A stretch of DNA of 64,000 nucleotides from an uncultured bacterium (lineage in GTDB: Bacteria; Eisenbacteria; RBG-16-71-46; CAIMUX01; WJJG01): NCBI GenBank assembly GCA_964585945.1, contig CAZPGB010000014.1, positions 6,912 to 70,911 on the forward strand, given 5' to 3'. The position numbers and the translations under genes were made by a program. Shown here in pieces: positions 54,074-63,783 of the stretch (position 1 is the stretch's first letter; each line of letters starts with the position of its first letter). Below the pieces are notes generated by a model that did no database searches, was not told the DNA's origin, and saw nothing but the letters and a program-made list of their open reading frames with translations.

Positions 54074-55018
54074 CTAGTCCGCATTCGGACGGACGATCTT
54101 CAGGGCGCCCCTCCGTATCATGATGGTTGCGGGGGTGGCGCCCAGAGGTTCGCCGTCAACCTGGACGCCCAACGCGGGAGCGGCTGAGATCCGGAGTTGC
54201 TCGATACTGCGGGCCAACAGCCAACGCGGCGCCCGAGGGCGACCGAGGATCGCCGCTAGCAGTCCGAGGAGCACGTCCAAGAGGGTTCCGGGTCGGGGCA
54301 CGAGCAGCTCCAGCTTGCCGGGCACGTCCTCGATCATGTCGGCTGCAATCTGGGATACGAACCGCGTCGCCCCGGTATTCATGACCGCGACCGTGTGACA
54401 GCGAACCTGCTCGTCATAGCCGTCTTCGGCCTCGATCCGGATCTCGGACGGCACGGTGGTCAGCGCCCGGCGCAGCGTGTTCCAAGCGTAGGCCAGCGCG
54501 CCGAGCCTGCGTTTGAGGGTACGCTCGGTGGACCGGACGACGTCCGCGTGCAATCCGGCCGTGAACGCCAAGAGGAAGTAGCGCCCGGCGCCCGATTGCA
54601 GGCGAATGTGACCGACGTCGAAATCGTGGGCGTCTCCATGCACGGCCAGGCGGAAGGCCTCGCTGGGATCGGCGGGCAGCCTCAGGAAGTGCGCCAGCAC
54701 GTTGGCGGTCCCGAGCGGCACGATTCCCAAAGGAACGCCCGTGCCGGCTTCGATCAGTCCGTTGCCCACCGCCGCTACCGTGCCGTCCCCACCGGCGGCC
54801 ACCACACGGCGAAAGCCCTCGTCGGCCGCGCTCGCGGCCCATTGGGTCGCATCGTCCGGATCCCTCCACTCGCGCAACTGACCGCCCTGCTCGTCGAGCT
54901 CTGCCTCCACCTCGCCGCGCAAGTCCTCCTGCTCGGCCGCGCCTCCGGCAACGGGATTCCAGACCACGAGGATGCGCCGGTCGGCCGTGGCCTGCTCGGA
55001 TGCATGGTGAGGCGTCAT
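54074..55018 (-). CDS. YegS/BmrU-like lipid (diacylglycerol) kinase catalytic-domain protein
   Basis: DAGK_cat motifs: ...AAGGDGTV... and LGIVPLGTANV... Confidence 0.8.
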   Translation of the reverse strand: MTPHHASEQATADRRILVVWNPVAGGAAEQEDLRGEVEAELDEQGGQLREWRDPDDATQWAASAADEGFRRVVAAGGDGTVAAVGNGLIEAGTGVPLGIVPLGTANVLAHFLRLPADPSEAFRLAVHGDAHDFDVGHIRLQSGAGRYFLLAFTAGLHADVVRSTERTLKRRLGALAYAWNTLRRALTTVPSEIRIEAEDGYDEQVRCHTVAVMNTGATRFVSQIAADMIEDVPGKLELLVPRPGTLLDVLLGLLAAILGRPRAPRWLLARSIEQLRISAAPALGVQVDGEPLGATPATIMIRRGALKIVRPNAD

Positions 55019-55401
55019 GCACATGGGTGATCTTCAGTGACCCAGGCGCGTGCAGTGTCGATGTCGGTGTGTCCGTAGTAGCGGATCTGCGCCCGGGTGG
55101 ATTGGCGACAGCGCCGGATCAGGTACTCCTTCCACTCGTCGGCCCCGATGATCGCCAGCCGCTCCAGTCCGGTGAAACGCAGCACGTTGAGTGCAATGGC
55201 GCCCCAGAGACGCTGGGCGCTGCAGCCGTGGAAGCCGTAGAGGATGATGAGGAGATTCCAGCCGTGCTCGAAGCAAGGCGGTGACGCGACGCGGGCGTCG
55301 GCCCGGGCGCCCATGCGGGGACTCCAGGGCCCGCTGGTGGAGGCATGGACTTCGAAGACCGTGCCGCCGCCCGAAGGGACTCTGTCGCTGCGGAATACCA
55401 T
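55015..55401 (-). CDS. SpoIIAA-like / STAS-fold (DUF3478-type) protein, second copy
   Basis: C-terminal 129 aa of a longer ORF-track ORF. Homologous to 8951..9349. Stop overlaps the lipid-kinase start (ATGA). Confidence 0.55.
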   Translation of the reverse strand: MVFRSDRVPSGGGTVFEVHASTSGPWSPRMGARADARVASPPCFEHGWNLLIILYGFHGCSAQRLWGAIALNVLRFTGLERLAIIGADEWKEYLIRRCRQSTRAQIRYYGHTDIDTARAWVTEDHPCA

Positions 55402-55777
55402 GATTCGACCACCTGCCGATCGGCCCGTGGTGCGCACCCATGCCCGTTTCGTGAAGCTGGAAGCTGCAGGCGCCGGCGTGCGTTGGTTACCCCTCGTGTA
55501 GATTGTACCTATGCGACGGCAGGATCCTACCCGGTTGCTCGGGGTCACGCGACCGGGAGTGCCGAGGAGTGCTCCCTCCGGGATTCCTCCAGGAAGGCGA
55601 CCGCGCGCACATGAGGTGACCTTGAAGAGAAGACCGGCCTGCGACTCGACAGCCACCGCTTCCTGGGGAATGGACCCAAGACCCGGACGGGATTGCACCC
55701 CTTCCAACCGGTCCTGGCGCGGCGTAGACCCGGTGATGGTACCACAGGTCGGAACCAGCCGCACCGGGAGGTGAAGC

Positions 55778-56575
55778 ATGCCCGAGCTTCCGGACGTCCA
55801 GATCTTCAAGGAGTATCTCGATGCGACCGCGCTCCACCAGCGCATCAGCGAGGTGAGCCTTCACGAACCCGATCTCCTCAAGGGTGTCTCGAAACGCCGC
55901 CTGATCTCCAATCTGCGCGACAGTGCTTTCAAGCGAACCCATCGGCACGGCAAGCACATGTTCATCGAGGTCTCTGGAGGCGAGTTTCTACGCCTGCATT
56001 TCGGGATGACCGGCTTCCTCCGCTACTGGCGGCGCAATGGCCGGGAGCCCGATCACGTAGGCGTCGAGTTCGACTTCTCCTCCGGCTTCTCTCTGGGCTA
56101 TGTGACCCAGCGCAAGCTGGGCGAGGTGGGCTGGACCCGCGATATCGAGGCCTTCTTGAAGCGCAATCATATCGGCCCCGACGCCCTCGATCCCGACTTC
56201 GACGCTGGCCGATGGCGGGAGGCCCTGGAAGGCCGCCGCGGGTCCATCAAAGGCGCGCTGATGAACCAGGAGATCCTGGCGGGCATCGGCAATGTCTACG
56301 CCGACGAGATCCTGCTACGGGCCGGCATCCATCCCAAGGCCTCAGTGGAACGGTTGGGCGAGAGGTCGCTCGACTCGATCCACCGCGCCATGCGCACGGT
56401 GCTGAAGGCCGCCATCGAGGCGCGCGTACGGGAGGACAGCTTTCCTTCGTATTTCATCCTGCCGCACCGCGAGGAGGGCGCTGAATGTCCCCGCTGCGGC
56501 CGGCGCCTGAAGACCATCAAGGTCTCGGGACGCACCACCTACTACTGCCCCGATGACCAGAGACGCAAGACGTGA
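55778..56575 (+). CDS. mutM: Formamidopyrimidine-DNA glycosylase (Fpg/Nei family)
   Basis: MPELPDV N-terminus (Pro2 catalytic). H2TH GIGNVYADEIL. C-terminal zinc finger CPRCG...YYCP. Confidence 0.9.
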   Translation: MPELPDVQIFKEYLDATALHQRISEVSLHEPDLLKGVSKRRLISNLRDSAFKRTHRHGKHMFIEVSGGEFLRLHFGMTGFLRYWRRNGREPDHVGVEFDFSSGFSLGYVTQRKLGEVGWTRDIEAFLKRNHIGPDALDPDFDAGRWREALEGRRGSIKGALMNQEILAGIGNVYADEILLRAGIHPKASVERLGERSLDSIHRAMRTVLKAAIEARVREDSFPSYFILPHREEGAECPRCGRRLKTIKVSGRTTYYCPDDQRRKT

Positions 56576-57450
56576 GCGGACGCCTATACATCGGGGTTTC
56601 CGGATGGAGCTACGACGGATGGAAAGGTCCGTTCTATCCTCGCGACCTTCCCAACACGCGGCGGTTGCACTACGCCAGTCGGCGTTTCTCCTCGCTGGAG
56701 ATCAACGGATCGTTCTATTCGCTCCTGAAACCGTCAACCTACGAAGCGTGGTGCGGCGAGACGCCCGCAGGGTTTCGCTTCGCGGTCAAGGGCAGCCGCT
56801 TCATCACCCACAACAAGAAGCTCAAAGATCCCGAGCGACCACTGGCCAACTTCTTGGCGTCCGGCGTCTTGGCGCTTCAAGATCGGCTGGGTCCCTTCGT
56901 CTGGCAGCTTCCCGCGGGCGTGCGGTTCGAAGCGGACCGCCTGGAGGCCTTTTTGGGGCTCCTGCCGCATGACATGCGCGCGGCCCGCGCGCTGGCGCGC
57001 AAGCACGACGAGCGCGTGACCGGGCGCAGCCGGATTCCCCGGGGGGACAACCACCGCTTGCGCCACGCACTCGAGGTGCGTCACCCGAGCTTTCTGGTGT
57101 CCGAGTGTGTTCGGCTCCTGCGGCGCCACGGCACGGCGTTGGTTTTTGCCGACAGCGGCGACTGGCCCTACGTGGAGGAGCTGACCGCCGGGTTCGTCTA
57201 TCTGCGGCTGCACGGATCGCCCCACACCTACGCCAGCGGATACGGCCGCCGAAGGCTCGATCACTGGGCGCGCCGGATTCGATCCTGGCGCGCCGGCCGG
57301 CAGCCGCGGGACGCGCACACCATCACCTCGCGCAAGCCGCCCCGGCGGCAGTCACGCGACATCTACATCTACTTCGACAACGACCAGCACGCCCACGCGC
57401 CCAGAGATGCGCAGCGTCTGCAAGAGGTCCTGGGGGTGGGACCTGATTGA
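56572..57450 (+). CDS. DUF72 family protein
   Basis: IGVSGWSYDGWKG.FYP N-terminal motif. Start overlaps the fpg stop. Confidence 0.8.
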   Translation: MSGRLYIGVSGWSYDGWKGPFYPRDLPNTRRLHYASRRFSSLEINGSFYSLLKPSTYEAWCGETPAGFRFAVKGSRFITHNKKLKDPERPLANFLASGVLALQDRLGPFVWQLPAGVRFEADRLEAFLGLLPHDMRAARALARKHDERVTGRSRIPRGDNHRLRHALEVRHPSFLVSECVRLLRRHGTALVFADSGDWPYVEELTAGFVYLRLHGSPHTYASGYGRRRLDHWARRIRSWRAGRQPRDAHTITSRKPPRRQSRDIYIYFDNDQHAHAPRDAQRLQEVLGVGPD

Positions 57451-57841
57451 TTAGGGATGATTCCGAGCGTGCGACTCGACGCCTGGAGCGCCAGGGTTGG
57501 GCATCGCGTTTGGGCGGTTCCCCTACATCGGAATGCCGCCCGCGCCCGATGGCTCGGGGACTCGCCCCGGCGGATCATGACGGCGGAATGACGGGCTGCC
57601 TCGGGCGTGGATGCCTACGCTCCATGTCGCGGGGCTCGACGGACCCGGGCGGCCCGCGATTCCGTGCCGGTCCCCGGACCCGTACGTTGGGCGGGGCTTT
57701 CAGCCGGAGCCAGGAGAACGGCTGAAGGCCGGCCCCCGGAGGGAACGGGAGCCACAGGAATGGGCGTCGGGAGGCGCGCCATCAGCGATCCCGGCCCGGC
57801 CAACTCGTCTCGCCGCAGCGCGAGACTCGAGATAGACGCTC

Positions 57842-60800
57842 ATGGACACCGAACCTGAAAGCCCCGGCCGGCGTATGCGGCGCATCGCGCTGCTCATCGT
57901 CTGCTTCGTCGCCCTCCTGTGTCCGGCCGGGGCCCAGTACTTCGGACGCAACAAGATCAAGTACGAAGAGTTCGATTTCGCTCGCCTGCACAGCCAACAC
58001 TTCGAGATCTTCTTCTACCCCACCGAAGAACCCCGCGCGCCCGAGATCGCGCGCATGGCCGAGCGCTGGCACGCTCGCCTGAGCCTCTTCTTCGAGCACG
58101 AATTCGAGAGCGCCCAGCCGATCATTCTGTACGCGGACCGGGCCGACTTCCGGCAAACCAACGTCCTGCCGGGGTTGATCAGCTTGGGAACGCGGGCCGT
58201 GACCGAGGGCATGAAGAACAGGGTCGTCCTCCCTCTGAGTGGCGTCCTGGGCGAGACGGATTTCGTCTTGGGCCACGAGCTGGTGCACGCCTTTCAGTTC
58301 GACATCCTGAAATCCGACCGGGAGCTTTCGTTCGCGGCCGCCAATCGGCTGCCGCTCTGGTTCGTGGAAGGCATGGCGGAGTACTTGTCCCGGGGTCGGT
58401 CCCACCCGCTGACGACCATGTGGCTTCGGGACGCGGTGCTGCGCGACGCGCTGCCGGCGCTGGACGCATCGTTTCAGGCCCGGCGTCACTCCCCCTACCG
58501 GCTCGGCCATGCCGTCTGGGGTTATGTTGCTGATCGTTGGGGCGATGACGTCGTGCGACGGCTCTTCCGATCCTCGTCACGACAGGGCTGGCGGGAGGCG
58601 TTTCGGCGCGAGTTGGGTCTGTCGCCCGACTCGCTGTCACGGGCCTGGGCCGAGGATGTCCGCGCTCGGCACGGAGCCGTGGGCCGGGACCGCGTGCCGC
58701 CCGATTCCGTAGGCCGCCCACTGCTGACCGGCGCCGGCGGCTACCATCTCTCGCCGGCCCTGAGCCCCGACGGGCGGCGGATCGCCTTCTGGTCCCAACG
58801 CGACATCTTCACGATGGACCTGTACCTGGCCGACACGCGCACCGGAAAGGTGGAGCGGAAGATCGCCAGCGCCGTGCGGGATGAGCATCTCGACGCGCTG
58901 CGCTTCGCGGATTCGGGCGGCGCCTGGTCACCGGATGGCGGGCGTTTGGCGATCGTCGCGAGCGGACACGGCGACTTCCTGATCTCCATTCTCGATTTGG
59001 CAGGCGGATCGCGTGAGACGATCGCCCTCGACTCGATCCCGGACATCGTCCACCTCGCCTGGTCTCCCGACGGCGGGAGGCTGGCGTTCTTCGGCAACGC
59101 CGGGGGAATCGGCGATCTGTACCTGTACGACCTCGAACAAGGCACGGTCGATCGTCTGACCGAAGACCGCTTCGCGGAGCTGCAGCCGGCCTGGTCCCCA
59201 ACGGGCGAGCAGATTGCCTTCATGACCGAACGGGGAAGCGACACCGACCTCGAACAACTGGACGCCGGCATCATGAAGATCGGACTGCTGGATCTCTACA
59301 GCGGGGAGATCGAGTTGATTCGCCTGCCGGATGCCACGCATCATCTCAGCCCGCAATTCGCTCCGGACGGCCGCTCGCTCTACTTCATTGCCGACCCCGA
59401 TGGCTTCAACGATCTGTACCGTCACGACCTGGCGAGCGGACAGACCCAGCGCATCACGCGGGTCGCCACCGGCATCAGCGGCCTGACCGAGCTGTCGCCG
59501 GCGCTTTCGGTGGCTGCGGATTCGGGCCTCATCGCGCTGAACCTCTTCACCGGAAGGGGCCGAGCCATCCACGTCCTGGAGCCCGACCGGGCGGGCGGCG
59601 AGACGCCGATTGCGTCGGCTGCGCCGGCGGCAAGAAGCGGTGACGGAGGCCCCGAACCGTATCCGGCCGGAGGCGAGGGGCTGGTGCACCGGCAGCTTCG
59701 GGATGAGACCGTCGGACTGCCCCCGGACACCAGCTTCGCTCGCTCGCCTTACCCTGGGCGCCTCGAGCTGCTTCGCATCGGGCAGGTGCACGTGGGCGTC
59801 GCCGCGGACCGCTACTCCACCTACCTGGGGGGCGGGATCCATCTGCTCTGGGGCGATCTGCTCGGCAACCGCAGGCTCGCCGTGGCCGCGCAGGCCAACG
59901 GCGGCCTGAGCGACATCGGGGCGCAGGTGACCTACCAACTCCTGGAGGGCCGCATCAACTGGGGCCTGTCGGCGGCGCACATTCCGTACCGATCGGTGCG
60001 CGTGGGCTACCGGCGCGACAGCACGATCGTCGGCGGCGAAACCGTTCACGGATGGCGCACCAGCCTCCTGCGCGAACGGGCGTTTCTGGAGCGCGCCGCG
60101 GTGATCGCGGAGTACCCGCTCAGCCTGAACCGGCGCGTCGAGGCCAGCCTTGGATACAGCCACATCAGCTACGATGTGGAGTCCGAAGAGGTGCTCATCG
60201 CCAACGGCGCCGTTGTCGAGTCCCGCACCCTGTCCCCGACCGCCGCCTCGCCGCTGGACCTGTTCCACAGCAGTCTGGCCTATGTCGGCGACTACTCCTT
60301 CACCGCGTTCACGTCGCCGGTTCGCGGGCGCCGGTTCCGCTTCGAGGCCGAGCCCACGCTCGGCTCCTTGCGCTATCTGTCGCTCACCGCCGATTACCGG
60401 CACTACCTGCAGTGGTATCCCGTCACCTTCGCGGTGAGGCTCCTTCATCAAGGACGTTACCTGCGTGACGCGGAAAGCGATCGGCTCAGCGCCTACTATC
60501 TCGGCTACCATACCCTGGTGCGAGGGTATGACATGAACACCGTCGACGCAGCCGAGGCCGGCCGGGACGAAGCGCAGGATGAAGCCAATGCCGTGGAGCG
60601 GTTGATCGGATCGCGCCTGGGGGTGATGAATCTGGAGGTGCGTCTGCCGGTTTTCGGCAACGATCGTTACGGATTGCTCAACATGCCCTACGTGCCCCTC
60701 ACCGCGGTGGCGTTCCTGGATGGCGGCGTGGCCTGGACGCGCGGCGATCCGCCTCTGTGGCGACTGTCCGATCGCGATCACGGCCGCATTCCCGTGTTCA

Positions 60801-60925
60801 GCACCGGTCTGGCGTTGCGCGCCAATCTTCTGGGCGCCATCGTGATGCAGGTCTACTATGCCCGTCCCTTCCAGCGGCCGGGGGAGCAAGAACAGGTCGG
60901 CTTCGTGATCGCTCCAGGATGGTAA
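57842..60925 (+). CDS. Large outer-membrane protein: gluzincin-like (HExxH...E) N-domain + TolB-like PD40 beta-propeller + Omp85/BamA-type C-terminal beta-barrel
   Basis: Signal peptide (probable start at the internal Met 57875, MRRIALLIVCFVALLCPAGA). HELVHAFQ...FVEGMAEY. At least 5 PD40-like repeats (SPDGRRIAF, SPDGGRLA, SPTGEQIAF, APDGRSLYF). C-terminus ...AFLDGGVAW...FVIAPGW resembles the Bac_surface_Ag barrel end. Confidence 0.75.
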   Translation: MDTEPESPGRRMRRIALLIVCFVALLCPAGAQYFGRNKIKYEEFDFARLHSQHFEIFFYPTEEPRAPEIARMAERWHARLSLFFEHEFESAQPIILYADRADFRQTNVLPGLISLGTRAVTEGMKNRVVLPLSGVLGETDFVLGHELVHAFQFDILKSDRELSFAAANRLPLWFVEGMAEYLSRGRSHPLTTMWLRDAVLRDALPALDASFQARRHSPYRLGHAVWGYVADRWGDDVVRRLFRSSSRQGWREAFRRELGLSPDSLSRAWAEDVRARHGAVGRDRVPPDSVGRPLLTGAGGYHLSPALSPDGRRIAFWSQRDIFTMDLYLADTRTGKVERKIASAVRDEHLDALRFADSGGAWSPDGGRLAIVASGHGDFLISILDLAGGSRETIALDSIPDIVHLAWSPDGGRLAFFGNAGGIGDLYLYDLEQGTVDRLTEDRFAELQPAWSPTGEQIAFMTERGSDTDLEQLDAGIMKIGLLDLYSGEIELIRLPDATHHLSPQFAPDGRSLYFIADPDGFNDLYRHDLASGQTQRITRVATGISGLTELSPALSVAADSGLIALNLFTGRGRAIHVLEPDRAGGETPIASAAPAARSGDGGPEPYPAGGEGLVHRQLRDETVGLPPDTSFARSPYPGRLELLRIGQVHVGVAADRYSTYLGGGIHLLWGDLLGNRRLAVAAQANGGLSDIGAQVTYQLLEGRINWGLSAAHIPYRSVRVGYRRDSTIVGGETVHGWRTSLLRERAFLERAAVIAEYPLSLNRRVEASLGYSHISYDVESEEVLIANGAVVESRTLSPTAASPLDLFHSSLAYVGDYSFTAFTSPVRGRRFRFEAEPTLGSLRYLSLTADYRHYLQWYPVTFAVRLLHQGRYLRDAESDRLSAYYLGYHTLVRGYDMNTVDAAEAGRDEAQDEANAVERLIGSRLGVMNLEVRLPVFGNDRYGLLNMPYVPLTAVAFLDGGVAWTRGDPPLWRLSDRDHGRIPVFSTGLALRANLLGAIVMQVYYARPFQRPGEQEQVGFVIAPGW

Positions 60926-60969
60926 CAGCGGCTTGCGGATAAGGGGCGGCCGCAGGACGCGTCGATCGC

Positions 60970-62565
60970 CTATGGTTGCCGGTTTCCCGAGGCTTGCGTC
61001 AGAAGCACCAAGGCGAGTGCGTAGATCCTGATGTTCTCGAGGTGGCGTGCGACGGTCACGTGCTCGTCCACCTGGTGTGCCAGCTCGGTCTCGCCCGCGC
61101 TCTCGTCCAGGGGTCCGAAGGCGACCGCGAGCGGAAAGGCCTTGGCGTAGGTCGTGCCCGGGATCGAGCGGAGCAGCGGGTCGCGCCCGGTGACCGTTTG
61201 GTAGGCCTCCTGCAGGGTCCCGATGAACTCGGGGTGGTCCTGGGGGGATACGAAGAGCGGTTCCTGGGCGCGGCCTTCCAGACCGGCGTCCACATGCAGG
61301 CCCGGCGTCGCGCCGGTATCGCGCTGGGCGACCTCGCGGAAGCGCGCGGCCACCTCGGTGACCGTCGCGCCGAAGGGAAAGCGGACGTCGATCTTGGCGC
61401 CGCCGTGGGACGGACCCAGCTCGATCAGGCCCAGGTTCACGGTCGAGTCGCCGCAGTATTCGTGGTGGCGGTCCACGCCGAAGGCCGAACCGTCGAGCAC
61501 ACTGCACCTGCGGTGCAGGTCGCGCGCGAACGCGGTCAGCGCTCCGAAGTCCCCGAGCGCATCCAAGTAGGCCAGGGCGTCCAGGATGGCGTTGCGACCC
61601 TCCTGCGGGTAAGCGCCGTGCGCTGTACGTCCGCGGAAGAGGACCTCGAGCTGGACGCGATCTGACGATGTACCGCGCCGGATCCACTCGAGCTGCGCGG
61701 CGGGTACCGCGCGCGCGAAATCGGCCGCCACCCTTGCGCAGTGCCGCTCGACCGCCTCCAGCTCGCCGGTCGCGGCCTCCAGCACCAACCGCGCCTCCTC
61801 CGGCACCATGTTGCTCCGCTTGCCGCCGGTAATCTGCACGAAGGCCGGCCGCCCGGGGGCGGGCCCGTGCGGGGGCGGCCACGACCCGGTCCAAGCCAGG
61901 GTGATGCGACCCTTCTCGGCGTTGATTACCGGAAACGCCCCGTCGGGCACGATCGTCTGATCGGCGATCTCGTCCTCGGCCTCCAGCCGATCGACGTCCG
62001 GCCAGGTGGTGGTCTCTTCCCGCGTGCCCATGAGGAGCTTGATCCGCCGGCGGGGCTGCCATTCGAGGGCCCGCAGGACATCGAGCGCGGAGAAGGCCAT
62101 GGCCGCGGGGCCCTTGTCGTCCTGGGCGCCACGACCCCAAACGGCACCCTCTGCCACCGTGCCCCCGAAGGGCGGAAAGCGCCAGGGCTCTCCGGGCGGG
62201 ACCACGTCGAGGTGTGTCGCCACAGCGAGCGAGCCGGCGGCGTCCGGGGGATGACTCGGCATCACGGCGACGGCGGCCAGATCGTCGTAGGTCCGAAAGT
62301 CGAGATCGAGCCTCTCGGCCTCGTACTCCAGAAACCGGAAGCACCGCTCGATTGCCAGCCGAAACCGCCGGCGCGCATCGGTCGACCGGCCGCCGCTGAT
62401 CGTCTCGAATCGCAGCAGGCCGGTCAGGAACGCGATGTAGGCATCAGCGCGACGGTCGACCACGCGGTCGATCCGCCGGGCGAGCGCCCGCGCCGTTCGG
62501 GAGGTCGTGCGGGAATGCGGCCGACCGGTCGCCTCGTCTGAGCCGATGTCGTGTGGGGTAGGCAT
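60970..62565 (-). CDS. M20 family metallopeptidase (dipeptidase/deacylase-like)
   Basis: HLDVVP and GAQDDKG metal-ligand motifs. Confidence 0.8.
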   Translation of the reverse strand: MPTPHDIGSDEATGRPHSRTTSRTARALARRIDRVVDRRADAYIAFLTGLLRFETISGGRSTDARRRFRLAIERCFRFLEYEAERLDLDFRTYDDLAAVAVMPSHPPDAAGSLAVATHLDVVPPGEPWRFPPFGGTVAEGAVWGRGAQDDKGPAAMAFSALDVLRALEWQPRRRIKLLMGTREETTTWPDVDRLEAEDEIADQTIVPDGAFPVINAEKGRITLAWTGSWPPPHGPAPGRPAFVQITGGKRSNMVPEEARLVLEAATGELEAVERHCARVAADFARAVPAAQLEWIRRGTSSDRVQLEVLFRGRTAHGAYPQEGRNAILDALAYLDALGDFGALTAFARDLHRRCSVLDGSAFGVDRHHEYCGDSTVNLGLIELGPSHGGAKIDVRFPFGATVTEVAARFREVAQRDTGATPGLHVDAGLEGRAQEPLFVSPQDHPEFIGTLQEAYQTVTGRDPLLRSIPGTTYAKAFPLAVAFGPLDESAGETELAHQVDEHVTVARHLENIRIYALALVLLTQASGNRQP

Positions 62566-62568
62566 GGA

Positions 62569-63582
62569 TCAGAGTTGATAGCGCTTGCGCGCCGAGCGAA
62601 CGATGTGGTCGATCAGATCGTTGTAGTCGATCTCCTTCGCCTCGGCCGCCGTCGTCATCGGACTCTCCCGCCGCAGGCCGGGCAGGCCGTTGACCTCGAT
62701 CAGGTAGGGCGTGCCGTTCTCGTGGAGCCGGATATCCGCCCGGGCGAAGTCGGGGGCCTTGACGATCCGGAAGGCGCGGTCGGCCAGGGCCAGCACCTCC
62801 TGACGTACGCTGGGGTCCAGCTCCGGGGGGCAGTGCGTCTCCAGGAACTCCTCCTTGTACTGGGAGCTCTTGCGCTCGTAGTCGAAGATGTTGTGCGAAT
62901 CGCCTTCGATGGAGTACTCGACGATCTCCAGGACATGACCGGGATACTCTTCCAGCATCGGCACGGTCAGCTCGCGACCCGGGATGAACTCCTCGACGTC
63001 GACGCCGTGCGGGTATTCTGCAAGCAGCTTGCGAATCACCTCCCGGGCCTCGTCCGCCGATTCCACCAGCGATTCGGCGCTGATGCCCTTGCTCGATCCC
63101 TCGTAGTTCGGCTTGATGAAGAGCGGGTATCCCAGGTGTTCGGGGAGCGGGTCGTCTTCGTTCATGATCAAGACGCCTGCCGGCACCCGGACGTTGTTGA
63201 CCGCGAAGACCTTGGCCATCAGCCGTTTGTCCAAGCCCACGCGGAGCAAGGCCGGTCCGCCCCCGGTGTAGGCCAAGCCCAGTACCTCGTAGATGGCGGG
63301 GTAGTAGGCTTCTCTACGGGGAATGGCGGTCCCCTCGGCCACGTTGAAGACCAACTCGGGCCGGGCGTCGATCAGGCGGTCGACGATCTCCTCAGGGGTG
63401 CCGGTGACCTCGACGGGCACGACCTCGTGTCCCAGAGAAGCGAGCGCTCCCCGCAGGAGCTCGAGATAGTCCTCGCTCATACGCTCGGCCTGGTCCTCCG
63501 ATTCCTCCTGCCGGAGATTGTGGGCCAGCGCAATGCGCAGGCTTCTGGGGCGCTCGTTCTGGCTTTCGTTCCGAGTGCTCAT
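62569..63582 (-). CDS. ATP-grasp ligase of the D-alanine--D-alanine ligase family
   Basis: Ddl-like N-terminal domain (IALAHNL...). ATP-grasp motifs (FIKPNYEGSSKGIS, ...EVNGLPGL). Start at an internal ATG. Confidence 0.8.
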   Translation of the reverse strand: MSTRNESQNERPRSLRIALAHNLRQEESEDQAERMSEDYLELLRGALASLGHEVVPVEVTGTPEEIVDRLIDARPELVFNVAEGTAIPRREAYYPAIYEVLGLAYTGGGPALLRVGLDKRLMAKVFAVNNVRVPAGVLIMNEDDPLPEHLGYPLFIKPNYEGSSKGISAESLVESADEAREVIRKLLAEYPHGVDVEEFIPGRELTVPMLEEYPGHVLEIVEYSIEGDSHNIFDYERKSSQYKEEFLETHCPPELDPSVRQEVLALADRAFRIVKAPDFARADIRLHENGTPYLIEVNGLPGLRRESPMTTAAEAKEIDYNDLIDHIVRSARKRYQL

Positions 63583-63783
63583 GTGGGTGCCTTTCGCGAA
63601 GGGGTCCATCGTTGGGCGGTGGTCCATCGCGGGTCCATCGCAGGTCCATCGCGGTCTCCACAGCGAGGATCGCATGCACGTGACCGGCGGACCATGCGTG
63701 GCGGGCACCATTGGCTTACGGGGGATTCACCCATGGGGCGCGTCGCCGCGCGGCCGGCAATCTGCGCGGCGGCGGTGCGCCGT

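Noticed and set aside
55402-55845. N-terminal 148 aa of ORF 55015..55845
   Set aside because: Only the C-terminal 129 aa show SpoIIAA-like homology to the paralog at 8951. The upstream part is low-complexity and overlaps the divergent promoter of fpg.
58928-62344. 1138-aa ORF on the minus strand
   Set aside because: It runs antisense to the Omp85-chimera gene and out of frame across the M20 peptidase gene. Its composition is dominated by Arg, Gly, Pro and Ala, as expected for a stop-free antisense frame in GC-rich DNA. It has no motifs. The plus-strand and M20 genes have clear family signatures.
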